In this document: piece by piece, positions 29,959 to 39,504 of the stretch
Layout: the number at the start of each line of letters is the position of its first letter
Position numbering within the stretch: position 1 is the stretch's first letter
Assembly: GCA_963662715.1 (NCBI GenBank)
Contig: OY759724.1
Span: 2,202,662 to 2,266,661, forward strand
DNA from: Candidatus Omnitrophota bacterium
GTDB lineage: Bacteria > Omnitrophota > Gorgyraeia > Zapsychrales > JANLHA01
Reading direction: 5' to 3'
Length of the DNA: 64,000 bases
Made by a program: the position numbers and the translations under genes
The notes under the pieces: generated by a model
Told to the model about the DNA's origin: nothing
The model's database searches: none
Seen by the model: only the letters and a program-made list of their open reading frames with translations

Positions 29959-30699
29959 ATGAAGATCATCGGAGTGATTCCGGCCCGTTACGGATCGACA
30001 AGAATGCCGGCGAAAGTCCTGGCGCTGATCCAGGGGCGTCCCATGATTGAGCACGTTTACCGGCAGGCGAAAAAATGCCGGCTTTTGGATGAAGTTTTTA
30101 TTGCCTGTGATGACCAGCGGGTTATGGACGCGGCCCTTGGTTTCGGGGCCCGAGCCGTTATGACCTCCCCGGACCACGCTTCCGGGACAGACAGGATCGC
30201 CGAAGCCTCGGCGAACATTCCGGCGGAGATCATCATCAATATCCAGGGGGATGAACCTCTTGTCCATCCTGATATGATTGACGCCCTGGCCCGGGGTATA
30301 AAAGAAGATGATGGTTGTTTTATGGCCACGGTTGCCAGGCGCATCACGGATGAGGAGGATGTCGGTAATCCCAATGTTGTTAAAGTTGTTTTGAATCAAA
30401 GAGGAGACGCTTTGTATTTTTCCCGTTCGGCGATCCCGTTTAACAGGGATAATGCGGATGTGTCGCAATTGAGCTATTATAAACATTTCGGGATTTATGC
30501 TTACCGTAAATCCTTTTTGCTGTCATTAAAAGATTTTCCCCCTTCGCTCCTGGAGCAGACGGAGAAGCTGGAACAGCTTCGTGTCCTGGAAGCAGGGTAT
30601 GATATTAAAGTGCTTATCACCGAGCATGACACGATCAGCGTGGACACCAGGGAAGACCTGACCCGTGTCGAATTTTTTCTCGGCGCAAGGAAAGTATAG
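29959..30699 (+). CDS. kdsB: 3-deoxy-manno-octulosonate cytidylyltransferase (CMP-Kdo synthetase)
   Basis: IIGVIPARYGSTRMPAKVL...NIQGDEPL. Confidence 0.9.
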   Translation: MKIIGVIPARYGSTRMPAKVLALIQGRPMIEHVYRQAKKCRLLDEVFIACDDQRVMDAALGFGARAVMTSPDHASGTDRIAEASANIPAEIIINIQGDEPLVHPDMIDALARGIKEDDGCFMATVARRITDEEDVGNPNVVKVVLNQRGDALYFSRSAIPFNRDNADVSQLSYYKHFGIYAYRKSFLLSLKDFPPSLLEQTEKLEQLRVLEAGYDIKVLITEHDTISVDTREDLTRVEFFLGARKV

Positions 30700-30793
30700 C
30701 GATTGTTTGTTATCCTGACGCCGGGGGATTTTTGTTTTTTGGGGTGAATTTAAGCAGGAGGCTCCTGTCTTTTTCGGAAAGGATGCAAAGCCG

Positions 30794-31648
30794 ATGACAA
30801 TGATTAAATTGCAAGACATGAAAATCGGGGGCGGACACCCGTTCGTTCTCATCGCCGGCCCCTGTGTTATTGAGAATGAAAAGACAGTTTTCCTGATCGC
30901 CGAAACCCTGAAAGATATTACGGGCCGTTTGAAAATCCCTTTCATTTTTAAAGCGAGTTATGATAAAGCCAACCGGACGTCCATTCAGTCGTTTCGGGGC
31001 CCGGGCATTAAAAAGGGGTTGAAAATCCTTGCGAAGATTAAAAAGACACTGCAGGTCCCGGTGACGAGTGACGTTCATTGTGTCGCGGACGTTGACCAGG
31101 CGGCAGAAGTGCTGGACATCATCCAGATCCCGGCGTTCCTTTGCCGGCAGACAGATCTATTGGTCAAGGCCGCCAGGACAAAAAAGATTATTAACGTTAA
31201 AAAGGGCCAGTTTTTGGCGCCTTGGGACATGAAATCTGTTGCTGAAAAAATACAGCAGAGCGGGAATACAAGAATTATCCTGACAGACCGGGGGTGTTCG
31301 TTCGGCTACAATAATCTTGTGAGTGATTTTCGGTCTCTGGCCGTCATGCGTGGTTTGGGGTATCCGGTCTGTTTTGATGCTTCGCACAGCGTTCAGCAGC
31401 CCGGCGGTTTAGGGACGGCTTCCGGAGGCAAACGGGAGTTTATCCCTCTCTTGGCCCGTTGCGGTGCTGCCGCCGGGTGTGATGCGATATTCATGGAAGT
31501 GCATTCTCGTCCTCAAGACGCTTTGTCTGACGGTCCTAATATGCTGCCCTTAAAGGACCTGGAGGGCCTTTTCGTTGACCTTGTGGCCATTGATACGGTC
31601 GTTAAAAGGGAGCACGGGGCCCTGCGGAAATCCGGGAAAACAAAATAA
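30794..31648 (+). CDS. kdsA: 2-dehydro-3-deoxyphosphooctonate aldolase (Kdo-8-P synthase)
   Basis: FVLIAGPCVIENE...KASYDKANRTS...DVHCV, DAHP/KDO8P synthase family. Confidence 0.9.
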   Translation: MTMIKLQDMKIGGGHPFVLIAGPCVIENEKTVFLIAETLKDITGRLKIPFIFKASYDKANRTSIQSFRGPGIKKGLKILAKIKKTLQVPVTSDVHCVADVDQAAEVLDIIQIPAFLCRQTDLLVKAARTKKIINVKKGQFLAPWDMKSVAEKIQQSGNTRIILTDRGCSFGYNNLVSDFRSLAVMRGLGYPVCFDASHSVQQPGGLGTASGGKREFIPLLARCGAAAGCDAIFMEVHSRPQDALSDGPNMLPLKDLEGLFVDLVAIDTVVKREHGALRKSGKTK

Positions 31649-32607
31649 TGTCTATCAGTAAAGCCAAAGAAGTCATTGATATTGAAGCCGCTGCCGTTAA
31701 GGGGTTGAAAAAGCATCTGGATCATAATTTTACGGATGCCGTTGACTTAATGATCTCTTGTGAAGGGCGGGTGATCGTTACCGGGATGGGCAAGACAGGA
31801 ATTGTCGGCCGGAAGATTGCCGCCACCCTGTCTTCAACCGGGACTCCGAGCATTTTTATGCATAGCGCTGAGGCCGTTCATGGGGACCTGGGGCAGGTAA
31901 CAAGGTCTGATGTCCTTATGGTTATTTCCAACAGCGGAGAGACGGAAGAAACCACCCGTCTGCTTCCGCTGGTAAAGAAGATTGGAGCGAAGACCATTGC
32001 TTTGACGGCTAACCCGCATTCCAACCTGGCCAAACACAGTGATGTGATTTTAAACATCGCGGTCGAACAGGAGGGGTGTCCTCTGGGGCTGGCCCCGATG
32101 GCCTCAACGACAGCGACCCTCGTTATGGGCGATGCGTTGGCGGCCTGTCTTATTGTGCGCCGGGGATTTAAGAAAGAGGATTTCGCTTTTTATCATCCCG
32201 GCGGGGCTCTGGGGCGGAGGTTGTTGCTAAAGGTTGAAGATATCATGAGAAAGGAAGGGTTTTTCCCCCGGGTAGAAGAAGACATGTTTGTCAAGGATGT
32301 GCTTTTTGCGATTACACGCTCCAGATGCGGCTCCGCTATCGTGGTCAACCCCAAAGGGGTTTTGGTCGGCATTTTCACCGACGGGGATCTAAGGCGCCAC
32401 CTGGAAGAGGACCGTGACCTGCTGAAACGCAAGGTGGAAGAAGTTATGACGAGGAATCCGACTACGATACGTTCAGACAAGCTCGCCGTGGAAGCCTTTA
32501 CCTTGTTGCAGGACAGGAAGGTCGATGAGCTGCCGGTTGTCAACCCGAAAGGCCAGGCCGTGGGATTGCTGGATATTCAGGATTTATTAAGAGCGGGTTT
32601 GTTTTAA
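31648..32607 (+). CDS. kdsD: Arabinose-5-phosphate isomerase (SIS + tandem CBS)
   Basis: SIS domain GRVIVTGMGKTGIVGRKIAATLSSTGTPS plus C-terminal CBS pair. Confidence 0.85.
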   Translation: MSISKAKEVIDIEAAAVKGLKKHLDHNFTDAVDLMISCEGRVIVTGMGKTGIVGRKIAATLSSTGTPSIFMHSAEAVHGDLGQVTRSDVLMVISNSGETEETTRLLPLVKKIGAKTIALTANPHSNLAKHSDVILNIAVEQEGCPLGLAPMASTTATLVMGDALAACLIVRRGFKKEDFAFYHPGGALGRRLLLKVEDIMRKEGFFPRVEEDMFVKDVLFAITRSRCGSAIVVNPKGVLVGIFTDGDLRRHLEEDRDLLKRKVEEVMTRNPTTIRSDKLAVEAFTLLQDRKVDELPVVNPKGQAVGLLDIQDLLRAGLF

Positions 32608-32630
32608 CGAGAATTCCTTAAGGATAAAAA

Positions 32631-33143
32631 ATGAATGACAAAATGGAACGCATAAAAGTTTTGGCTTTGGATGTGGATGGCGTTTTGACCGACGGCCGTA
32701 TTGTTTATAATTCCCTTGGTCATGAAATTAAATCTTTCGATGTCCAGGACGGCTATGGAATTATCCTTTGGCGCCGGTTAGGGCTGAAAACCGCTATCCT
32801 TTCCGCCCGTTCGGCCAAGCCGGTTGATATCCGGGCGCAGGATTTAAAAATTGACAGGATTTATCAGAATGCTTATCCCAAGATAGACACCTACGAAACC
32901 CTGCTGGCCGATTTTGAGGTGGGCGATGAAAATGTCTGTTTTATCGGAGATGATCTGCCTGATCTGGCCGTGCTCAAACGGGCCGGGTTTTCTGTGGCCG
33001 TGGCCAATGCGAATCAGGAGATTAAGACTGTTGTTGATCATGTGACGGAGAAACCCGGCGGGCGCGGGGCTGTCCGGGAAGTTATTGAAATGATTCTTAA
33101 ACACCAGGGGCGATGGCAAGATGTCATTCATATGCACGAATAA
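32631..33143 (+). CDS. kdsC: Kdo-8-phosphate phosphatase (HAD family)
   Basis: IKVLALDVDGVLTDGRI...GDDLPDL. Confidence 0.85.
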   Translation: MNDKMERIKVLALDVDGVLTDGRIVYNSLGHEIKSFDVQDGYGIILWRRLGLKTAILSARSAKPVDIRAQDLKIDRIYQNAYPKIDTYETLLADFEVGDENVCFIGDDLPDLAVLKRAGFSVAVANANQEIKTVVDHVTEKPGGRGAVREVIEMILKHQGRWQDVIHMHE

Positions 33144-33993
33144 TTTGAAATATTGGCAGCGGATCGTCAACGTGTCGGTTGTCTCCGCGGTTCTGCTGTT
33201 GGCCGGTCCGGGTTTGGCCCAGGGGGTCGGACAGCAATTTGAGGGGTTTAACCTTCAGGGCTTCGAGGATGACGGCCGAAAGAAGTGGGATCTTCGCGGA
33301 GATACGGCCAACATTTTTGGGGAACAGATTGAGATCACGAATGTTGATGCCAATCATTACGGGGCTCAACCGATGAACCTCAAAGCCCGTACCGGAACCA
33401 TCGATAAGGCCAGCGGAGATATTCAGCTGAAAGAGAATGTTGTCATTACGTCTGAACAAGGCGCTCGGATGACTACGGAGTCATTGGATTGGTATAAAGA
33501 AAAGGATCTTATCGAAACGAGCGACCGGGTCGTGCTGTCGGACCAGCGTTTAACTGCAACAGGAACAGGGCTGCGCGCCAGCCCGGGACTCATGGTGGCC
33601 CAGATGAATGAAGATGTCACCATCAAGGTTAAACCGGCTCCGGAGAAGGATGACCAGCCGCCGGTCACGATTACCTGTGACGGGCCTCTGGAAATTGACC
33701 AGAAAAAGAATAAGGCTATTTTAAAAGATAACGTGGTCGCCGTTCAGGGGGAAAGGATCCTCAAGGCCGATGAAATCCAGGTCTATTTCGATCCCGAAAC
33801 CCAGCAGGTTAAGAAAATGATCTGCGCGGGAAATGTGGAAATTATTCAGGGAGCCAACAAGACGTATTCGCAGAGGGCCGTCTATGAGGCGGACAGCCAG
33901 AAGCTTGTTTTGACCGGAAGTCCCAAAATCACCCTGATCACATCCGGCGAAGGGAGTGTCGAGTCGTTGATGAAGGATGAAAAGTCAGATTAG
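33121..33993 (+). CDS. LptC/LptA-family protein with two tandem OstA-like beta-jellyroll regions (possible LptC-LptA fusion or double-jellyroll LptA)
   Basis: N-terminal hydrophobic segment ending GLAQG, an LptC-like region (aa ~40-150), then a clear LptA/OstA_N signature (ITCDGPLEIDQKKNKAILKDNVVAVQGERILKADEIQVY...AGNVEIIQG...AVYEADSQKLVLTGSPKI). It is the only gene between kdsC and lptB. Confidence 0.65.
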   Translation: MSFICTNNLKYWQRIVNVSVVSAVLLLAGPGLAQGVGQQFEGFNLQGFEDDGRKKWDLRGDTANIFGEQIEITNVDANHYGAQPMNLKARTGTIDKASGDIQLKENVVITSEQGARMTTESLDWYKEKDLIETSDRVVLSDQRLTATGTGLRASPGLMVAQMNEDVTIKVKPAPEKDDQPPVTITCDGPLEIDQKKNKAILKDNVVAVQGERILKADEIQVYFDPETQQVKKMICAGNVEIIQGANKTYSQRAVYEADSQKLVLTGSPKITLITSGEGSVESLMKDEKSD

Positions 33994-34077
33994 GTAAGGG
34001 TTTAGGACAAAAGGGGCTCCGGACAGGTTTTGGGGGAAATAAATACTGAAATTCCTTTTCATTTATTAAAATTGTAC

Positions 34078-34083
34078 TATAAT
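34078..34083 (+). promoter_or_regulatory. Candidate -10 hexamer (TATAAT) in the 218-bp gap upstream of lptB
   Basis: Perfect TATAAT in an AT-rich intergenic region ~130 nt upstream of lptB. I found no convincing -35 at canonical spacing. Confidence 0.2.
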
Positions 34084-34210
34084 TGTTAGATATTTTTCAG
34101 CGGTCTCTGAAAAGGATGTGTCGCAAGGCAGCGGAAAAAACGGATGGGCCTTAAGAGGGTTGAACCGTTTCAATTGTCATTCTAGCGGTTGATTCATGTG
34201 AGATAATATT

Positions 34211-34939
34211 ATGAGCTTACATTTGCTAGAAACAAAGGGGTTAGTTAAGACCTACGGTGGCCGGAGAGTTGTCGACGGGTTAAGTATTACTGTCGGCCGT
34301 TCGGAAATTGTCGGGATCCTGGGGCCGAATGGCGCGGGCAAAACAACCTCTTTTTACATGATCGTAGGTATTATTGCCCCGGACCTGGGGCAGATATTTT
34401 TTGATCAGGTGGACATAACCAAAAAACCCATTCATGACAGATGCCGGCTCGGCATGGGATATTTAGCGCAGGAAAATTCCATTTTCCGCAAACTGACCGT
34501 CCGTGAGAATATTATGTCCATTCTGGAAACTCTCGATATCAGTCCGAGAGAGAGGCGTCGCCGTCTCAATGCTTTGTTGGAGGAATTAAATATCGCGCAT
34601 TTGGCCAAAAGCAAAGCGTATACGTTGAGCGGCGGGGAACGCCGGCGGTTGGAAATCACCCGGGCCTTGGTCACGAATCCGTCTTTTCTTCTGCTGGACG
34701 AACCCTTTTCCGGTATAGATCCGATTGTTGTGGCTGAAGCTCAGGAAATCATTAAGGATTTGAAGAATCGGGGGATCGGGATTCTGCTGACGGATCATAA
34801 TGTGCGGGAAACCCTTTCCATCACCGACCGGGCTTATCTCGTGGCGGAGGGCAATGTCCTGATTTCAGGAACGACGAAGGATTTGATTAATGATCCGAAA
34901 GCGAAGCAGATATATTTGGGTGAAAAGTTCAGTATGTAG
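34211..34939 (+). CDS. lptB: LPS export ABC transporter ATP-binding protein
   Basis: Walker A GPNGAGKTT, signature LSGGERRRLEI, Walker B LLLDEP. 242 aa. Position matches the kdsC-lptC-lptA-lptB order. Confidence 0.9.
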   Translation: MSLHLLETKGLVKTYGGRRVVDGLSITVGRSEIVGILGPNGAGKTTSFYMIVGIIAPDLGQIFFDQVDITKKPIHDRCRLGMGYLAQENSIFRKLTVRENIMSILETLDISPRERRRRLNALLEELNIAHLAKSKAYTLSGGERRRLEITRALVTNPSFLLLDEPFSGIDPIVVAEAQEIIKDLKNRGIGILLTDHNVRETLSITDRAYLVAEGNVLISGTTKDLINDPKAKQIYLGEKFSM

Positions 34940-34962
34940 CGTAATTGTAAGGAGGTTATAAG

Positions 34963-35853
34963 TTGACGATGAAAGTTGAAGTCAAGAAAGTTGATGCTCT
35001 TAAACGGGAATTAAATTTTGAAGTTCCTAAAGAACGGGTCGCGCAGACGCTCGATGAGGTTTACCAGGATTTGGCCAAGGTTGCGAAGGTGAAGGGATTC
35101 CGGCCGGGGAAAGTGCCCCGTCATATCCTGGAAAACGAACATGCGGCTTTGGCCCGGGAAGAAACCCTGAAAAAGATTATCCCGGCCGTTTACCGCGAAG
35201 GGATTGAACAGGAATCGATTTCTCCCATTGATTTGCCGGAGATTGAAAATGTCGAGTTTAAAGACGGAGCGGTAACATTTACAGCCGTTATTGATATTAA
35301 ACCCGACGTAAAGATCAATAATTATAAGGGCATTTCCGTTAAAAGAAAAAGTTCCCAGGTGACGGAAGAAGAGATTAATAAAACTCTGGAATTCTTTAAG
35401 AAAAGTCAAGGTGACGATAAAGAGATCGCCCTGGACGATAATTTTGCCAAAGGATTAGGTTACCCGAGCCTGGATGATTTTAAACAGACATTGCGGCGGC
35501 AGATGGAGATGGATAAAGACCGGGCGAACCGGGCTGATATCGAAAATCAGATTGTGGAAGCTTTACTCAAGGAATCAAAGTTCCCTGTGCCGCAATCACT
35601 TGTTAAAAAACAGCTGGAGCACCGCCTTCATCATGCCAAGGAACGGCTGGTGTCGCAGGGGATGCCGGAAGAAGATGTGGCAAAGAAAGAAACGGACATT
35701 CGCAAAGAATTGCAGCAGACCGTAGAAAAGGATGTCAAAGTCTACTTGATTTTTGATAAAATTGCCCAGTTGGAGGGGATCGCTGTTAAGGAGAATGAGA
35801 ATTTGCCGGCCAAGGTTATGGAATTTTTATTTAAAGAAGCTCGTTGGGAATAA
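34963..35853 (+). CDS. tig: Trigger factor lacking the central PPIase (FKBP) domain
   Basis: N-terminal ribosome-binding domain ([13 protein letters not shown]) joined almost directly to the C-terminal chaperone arms. Only ~8 residues (GDDKEIAL) sit where the ~100-aa PPIase domain normally is. 296 aa versus ~430 typical. Confidence 0.8.
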   Translation: MTMKVEVKKVDALKRELNFEVPKERVAQTLDEVYQDLAKVAKVKGFRPGKVPRHILENEHAALAREETLKKIIPAVYREGIEQESISPIDLPEIENVEFKDGAVTFTAVIDIKPDVKINNYKGISVKRKSSQVTEEEINKTLEFFKKSQGDDKEIALDDNFAKGLGYPSLDDFKQTLRRQMEMDKDRANRADIENQIVEALLKESKFPVPQSLVKKQLEHRLHHAKERLVSQGMPEEDVAKKETDIRKELQQTVEKDVKVYLIFDKIAQLEGIAVKENENLPAKVMEFLFKEARWE

Positions 35854-35894
35854 TATTTATTAATTTTTCTACCCGATGCAAAGGAGCAGAGAAT

Positions 35895-36488
35895 ATGGAT
35901 GCAAAATACCAAACATTGGTTCCAATGGTCATAGAGAAAACAGGGCATGCTGAAAGAGCGTATGATATTTATTCGCGTCTTTTGAAAGACCGGATTATTT
36001 TTATCGGAACAGCGATTGATGACATGGTCGCCAATCTTGTCATTGCCCAGCTATTGTTCCTCCAAAGTGAAGACTCATCAAAGGATATCAACGTGTACGT
36101 TAATTCGCCCGGAGGTTCCGTCACGGCCGGTTTGGCTATTTATGATACGATTCAGTATATCAAACCCGATGTTTGCACCTACTGTATCGGACAGGCGGCG
36201 AGCATGGGCGCGGTTTTGCTTTCCGCCGGGACAAAAGGGAAAAGATTCGCGTTGCCTTTCTCGAGAATCATGATTCATCAGCCGTGGGGCGGCGCGCAGG
36301 GTACGGCCAGCGATATCTCCATACAAGCCAAGGAAATATTAAGGATGAAAGAAGATTTAGTTAAGATTCTAGCCAAACATACCGGCCAGACGATCGAAAA
36401 GATTGAAAAGGATTCCGACAGGGATTTCTTTATGTCTTCATTTGAGGCTAAAGATTACGGACTGGTGGACCAGGTGTTAGAAAATTAA
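35895..36488 (+). CDS. clpP: ATP-dependent Clp protease proteolytic subunit
   Basis: Catalytic Ser in GQAASMGA, plus His in MIHQP. Start chosen at MDAKYQ, preceded by AAAGGAG. Confidence 0.93.
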   Translation: MDAKYQTLVPMVIEKTGHAERAYDIYSRLLKDRIIFIGTAIDDMVANLVIAQLLFLQSEDSSKDINVYVNSPGGSVTAGLAIYDTIQYIKPDVCTYCIGQAASMGAVLLSAGTKGKRFALPFSRIMIHQPWGGAQGTASDISIQAKEILRMKEDLVKILAKHTGQTIEKIEKDSDRDFFMSSFEAKDYGLVDQVLEN

Positions 36489-36581
36489 CGGAAAGGATTG
36501 CGTATTCATATAGCTTGAGATGACATTTTATGAACCAGGGTATAGTTTGTGATTAACTCTTTCTAACAGAAAGGTTTTGCC

Positions 36582-37727
36582 ATGAAAAGGAATTTATTGC
36601 TTACTCCCGGCCCGACGCATGTCCCGCCGAAATTATGTGAAGTCTTGGGGCGTCCGATCATTCACCACCGGACACCGCAGTTTCAGGATCATCTGAAAGA
36701 TGTTATTTCCGGATTAAAATACGTTTTGCAGACGGAGAATGACGTCTATTTGATGGCCTCTTCCGGCAGCGGGGCGATGGAGGCCAGTGTCTGCAGTCTG
36801 CTTTCCCCTCAGGATAAGGTTATTACCGTTGAGGGCGGAAAATTCGGCGAGCGCTGGACAGAACTCTGCCGGGCTTATCAAGCCGAACCCAAAGTCGTCG
36901 AAGTGCCGTGGGGCCAGTCTGTTGATCCTAAAAAGATTGAACAGCTTTTATCGGAAGACAAGGACATCAAAGCCGTTTATGTGACGCTGTGTGAAACGTC
37001 AACGGGAGTGACCGCCGATATTCAGGCCATCGGGAAGATTGTCCGGAAAACCGATGCTGTTTTGGTTGTCGACGCCGTGAGCGCCCTGGGCGTTATTGAC
37101 TTGCAGATGGATGCCTGGGGTGTGGACGTTGTTGCTTCGGCTTCCCATAAGGGATTAATGCTCCCGCCCGGCGTCGCCTTTGTCGCTATGAGCCCTAAAG
37201 CCCAGGCTTTGATGGAACAGTCGAAATGTCCTAAATATTATTTTGACCTGAAGAAGTATAAAAAAGTCGCCGGTAAGCCCGACACGCCTTTTACTCCTGC
37301 CATCGGCATCATGATCGCTTTGACGGAAAGCTTAAAGCTTATCCAGGAAACGGGGTTGGCTAATTTATTTAAACATTACGAACGTTTGGCCAAAGCAACG
37401 CGGTCTGCCGCTAAAGCTTTGGGGCTGACGTTATTTGCTGATGACTCCTGCATTTCCAATGTTTTAACCGCTATTAACCTGCCCGAAGGGGTGGACGGCG
37501 GCAAAGTGGTAAAGCTTATGCGCGATAAATACGGTATTTCTGTTGCCGGAGGTCAAGGCGAGTTGAAAGGGAAGATTGTCCGGATAGCGCATATGGGCTG
37601 TCTGGACGAATATGATATGCTGACCGGGCTTTCCTGCCTTGAGAAGGTTTTGAAGGAATTGGGGTATTCTTTCGAGTTAGGGGTGGGTGTCGCCGCTGCG
37701 CAGAAATATTTTAATGAAAATTCATGA
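36582..37727 (+). CDS. Class-V aminotransferase (phosphoserine / serine-pyruvate aminotransferase type)
   Basis: LLTPGPTHVP N-terminus typical of AGXT/archaeal-type SerC. Sits next to serA. Confidence 0.75.
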   Translation: MKRNLLLTPGPTHVPPKLCEVLGRPIIHHRTPQFQDHLKDVISGLKYVLQTENDVYLMASSGSGAMEASVCSLLSPQDKVITVEGGKFGERWTELCRAYQAEPKVVEVPWGQSVDPKKIEQLLSEDKDIKAVYVTLCETSTGVTADIQAIGKIVRKTDAVLVVDAVSALGVIDLQMDAWGVDVVASASHKGLMLPPGVAFVAMSPKAQALMEQSKCPKYYFDLKKYKKVAGKPDTPFTPAIGIMIALTESLKLIQETGLANLFKHYERLAKATRSAAKALGLTLFADDSCISNVLTAINLPEGVDGGKVVKLMRDKYGISVAGGQGELKGKIVRIAHMGCLDEYDMLTGLSCLEKVLKELGYSFELGVGVAAAQKYFNENS

Positions 37728-37880
37728 TATCAGATTTTTTGATAATGGAATGTTGTTGAATAAATATGATGTCTCTTGCGAATGGTCAAAGTATTGAAGT
37801 CGCTGTGAATTTTTCACCTGATTATTCGTCCAATACCATAGCCGGTCGTGAGTGCCTTATGAGGGAAAGGAGAGGGTCCC

Positions 37881-39464
37881 ATGAAGATCTTGATTAGTGA
37901 TAAATTGGCCAATGAAGGCGTTGAAATACTTAAATCCGAAAAGGATTTCGAGGTGGACTGCAAATTCGGCATTAAGCCGGATGAGTTAAAAAAAATTATT
38001 AAAGAGTACCATGCCCTGATCATCCGTAGCGGGACGAAGGTGACGGAGGACATCCTGCAAGAAGCCGATAATTTAAGAATCATCGGCCGGGCGGGGGTTG
38101 GTTTGGATAACGTTGACCTGAAAGCGGCCACCAAGAAAGGTGTTGTGGCCATGAATACTCCTGCCGGGAACACGACGTCCACGGCGGAACATACCATGAG
38201 CCTTATTCTGGCCTTGTCCCGGAACATCCCCCAGGCGTGCGCTTCCTTGAAGGCGGGGAAATGGGAACGTTCGAAGTTCGGCGGCGTTGAATTGTATGGA
38301 AAAGTTTTGGGTATTATCGGACTCGGCCGTATCGGCTCTACAGTGGCGACAATGGCCAAAGGGTTCGGGATGAAAATCATCGGTTTTGACCCTTTCCTTT
38401 CTATGGAGGTCGCCAATAAGCTGGGTGTTGACATGGTTGATCTGGAAGATTTGATAAAAACTTCGGATTATATCACCATTCATATCCCCAAGAGCGCGGA
38501 AACAAAAAATATGATTTCTAATAAAGAATTTGCTATGATGAAAAAGTCCGTCCGTTTGATCAATTGTGCCCGGGGGGGCATTATTGATGAAAAAGCTCTT
38601 GAGAAGGCTCTTCAGGAGGAGAAAATTTCCGGATGTGCCTTGGATGTTTATGAGCAGGAACCGCCGCCGCCGGATTTTCCTCTTTTGAAGTATGATAATT
38701 GCATCGTGACTCCGCATCTGGGGGCTTCGACATCTGAAGCCCAGATTAACGTGGCGATTGAAATTGCCCAGGCCGTGCGGGATGCCCTTTTAGGGAAAGG
38801 TATTATCAACGCGGCTAATTTCCCTTCGGTAAGCAGCGAGGCCTTTAAAATTTTAGTGCCTTATATTGATTTGGCCGAACGCATGGGCAAATTTGCCGGG
38901 CAATTGCTTAACGGCCGGATCAGTGAAATCAAGATTACTTTTGCGGGCGTCATGACGAAGTATAAAACAGATCCGCTGACCATGGCTCTTGTCAAAGGTT
39001 TGCTGCACTCTATCCTGGGAGACACCGTCAACATGGTTAACGCTCTGGAGGTCGCGGGGGAAAGGGGTGTTAATATCCAGGGCATTCATTCCACCAAGGA
39101 AGAAGAGTTTGTGAACCTTATTAAGGCGGAAGTTGTTACCGATAAGGAATCCTTTCTGGTCTGGGGAACGCTGGCGGGGAATAATCAGCCCCGTATTGTC
39201 AAGGTCAATGATGTCTACGTTGAGGCGATTCCTTCCGGTTCAATGATCTTTATTAATAATAATGACAAGCCTGGAATTGTCGGCGCTGTCGGAACGATCC
39301 TGGGAGATGCCAAGATTAATATCGCAAGCATCACATTCGGAAGGGAATCCCCGGGGGGATTAGCCGTTAGTCTTGTGAATGTTGACAGCCCTGTTGCTGA
39401 CGATATTATTGAGAAAATCAGGCAGACTCAAGATGTCCTTTTTGTCAAGTTGCTGAAAGTTTAG
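37881..39464 (+). CDS. serA: D-3-phosphoglycerate dehydrogenase with C-terminal ACT domain
   Basis: 2-hydroxyacid dehydrogenase NAD motif GIIGLGRIGSTVA, catalytic region, and a 527-aa length with ACT. Confidence 0.9.
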   Translation: MKILISDKLANEGVEILKSEKDFEVDCKFGIKPDELKKIIKEYHALIIRSGTKVTEDILQEADNLRIIGRAGVGLDNVDLKAATKKGVVAMNTPAGNTTSTAEHTMSLILALSRNIPQACASLKAGKWERSKFGGVELYGKVLGIIGLGRIGSTVATMAKGFGMKIIGFDPFLSMEVANKLGVDMVDLEDLIKTSDYITIHIPKSAETKNMISNKEFAMMKKSVRLINCARGGIIDEKALEKALQEEKISGCALDVYEQEPPPPDFPLLKYDNCIVTPHLGASTSEAQINVAIEIAQAVRDALLGKGIINAANFPSVSSEAFKILVPYIDLAERMGKFAGQLLNGRISEIKITFAGVMTKYKTDPLTMALVKGLLHSILGDTVNMVNALEVAGERGVNIQGIHSTKEEEFVNLIKAEVVTDKESFLVWGTLAGNNQPRIVKVNDVYVEAIPSGSMIFINNNDKPGIVGAVGTILGDAKINIASITFGRESPGGLAVSLVNVDSPVADDIIEKIRQTQDVLFVKLLKV

Positions 39465-39504
39465 GCCGGCTGATCCTGAGAAAATATCGACTCCCAGAAG
39501 ATGT

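Noticed and set aside
37797-37818. Rex-like half-sites GTGAA-ttt-TTCAC upstream of serA.
   Set aside because: The spacer is 3 rather than 4 nt and the flanks are mismatched. I mention it only as context for the rex finding.
37814-38717. Minus-strand ORFs of 206 and 214 aa antisense to serA.
   Set aside because: They overlap a high-confidence gene and recognisably match nothing.
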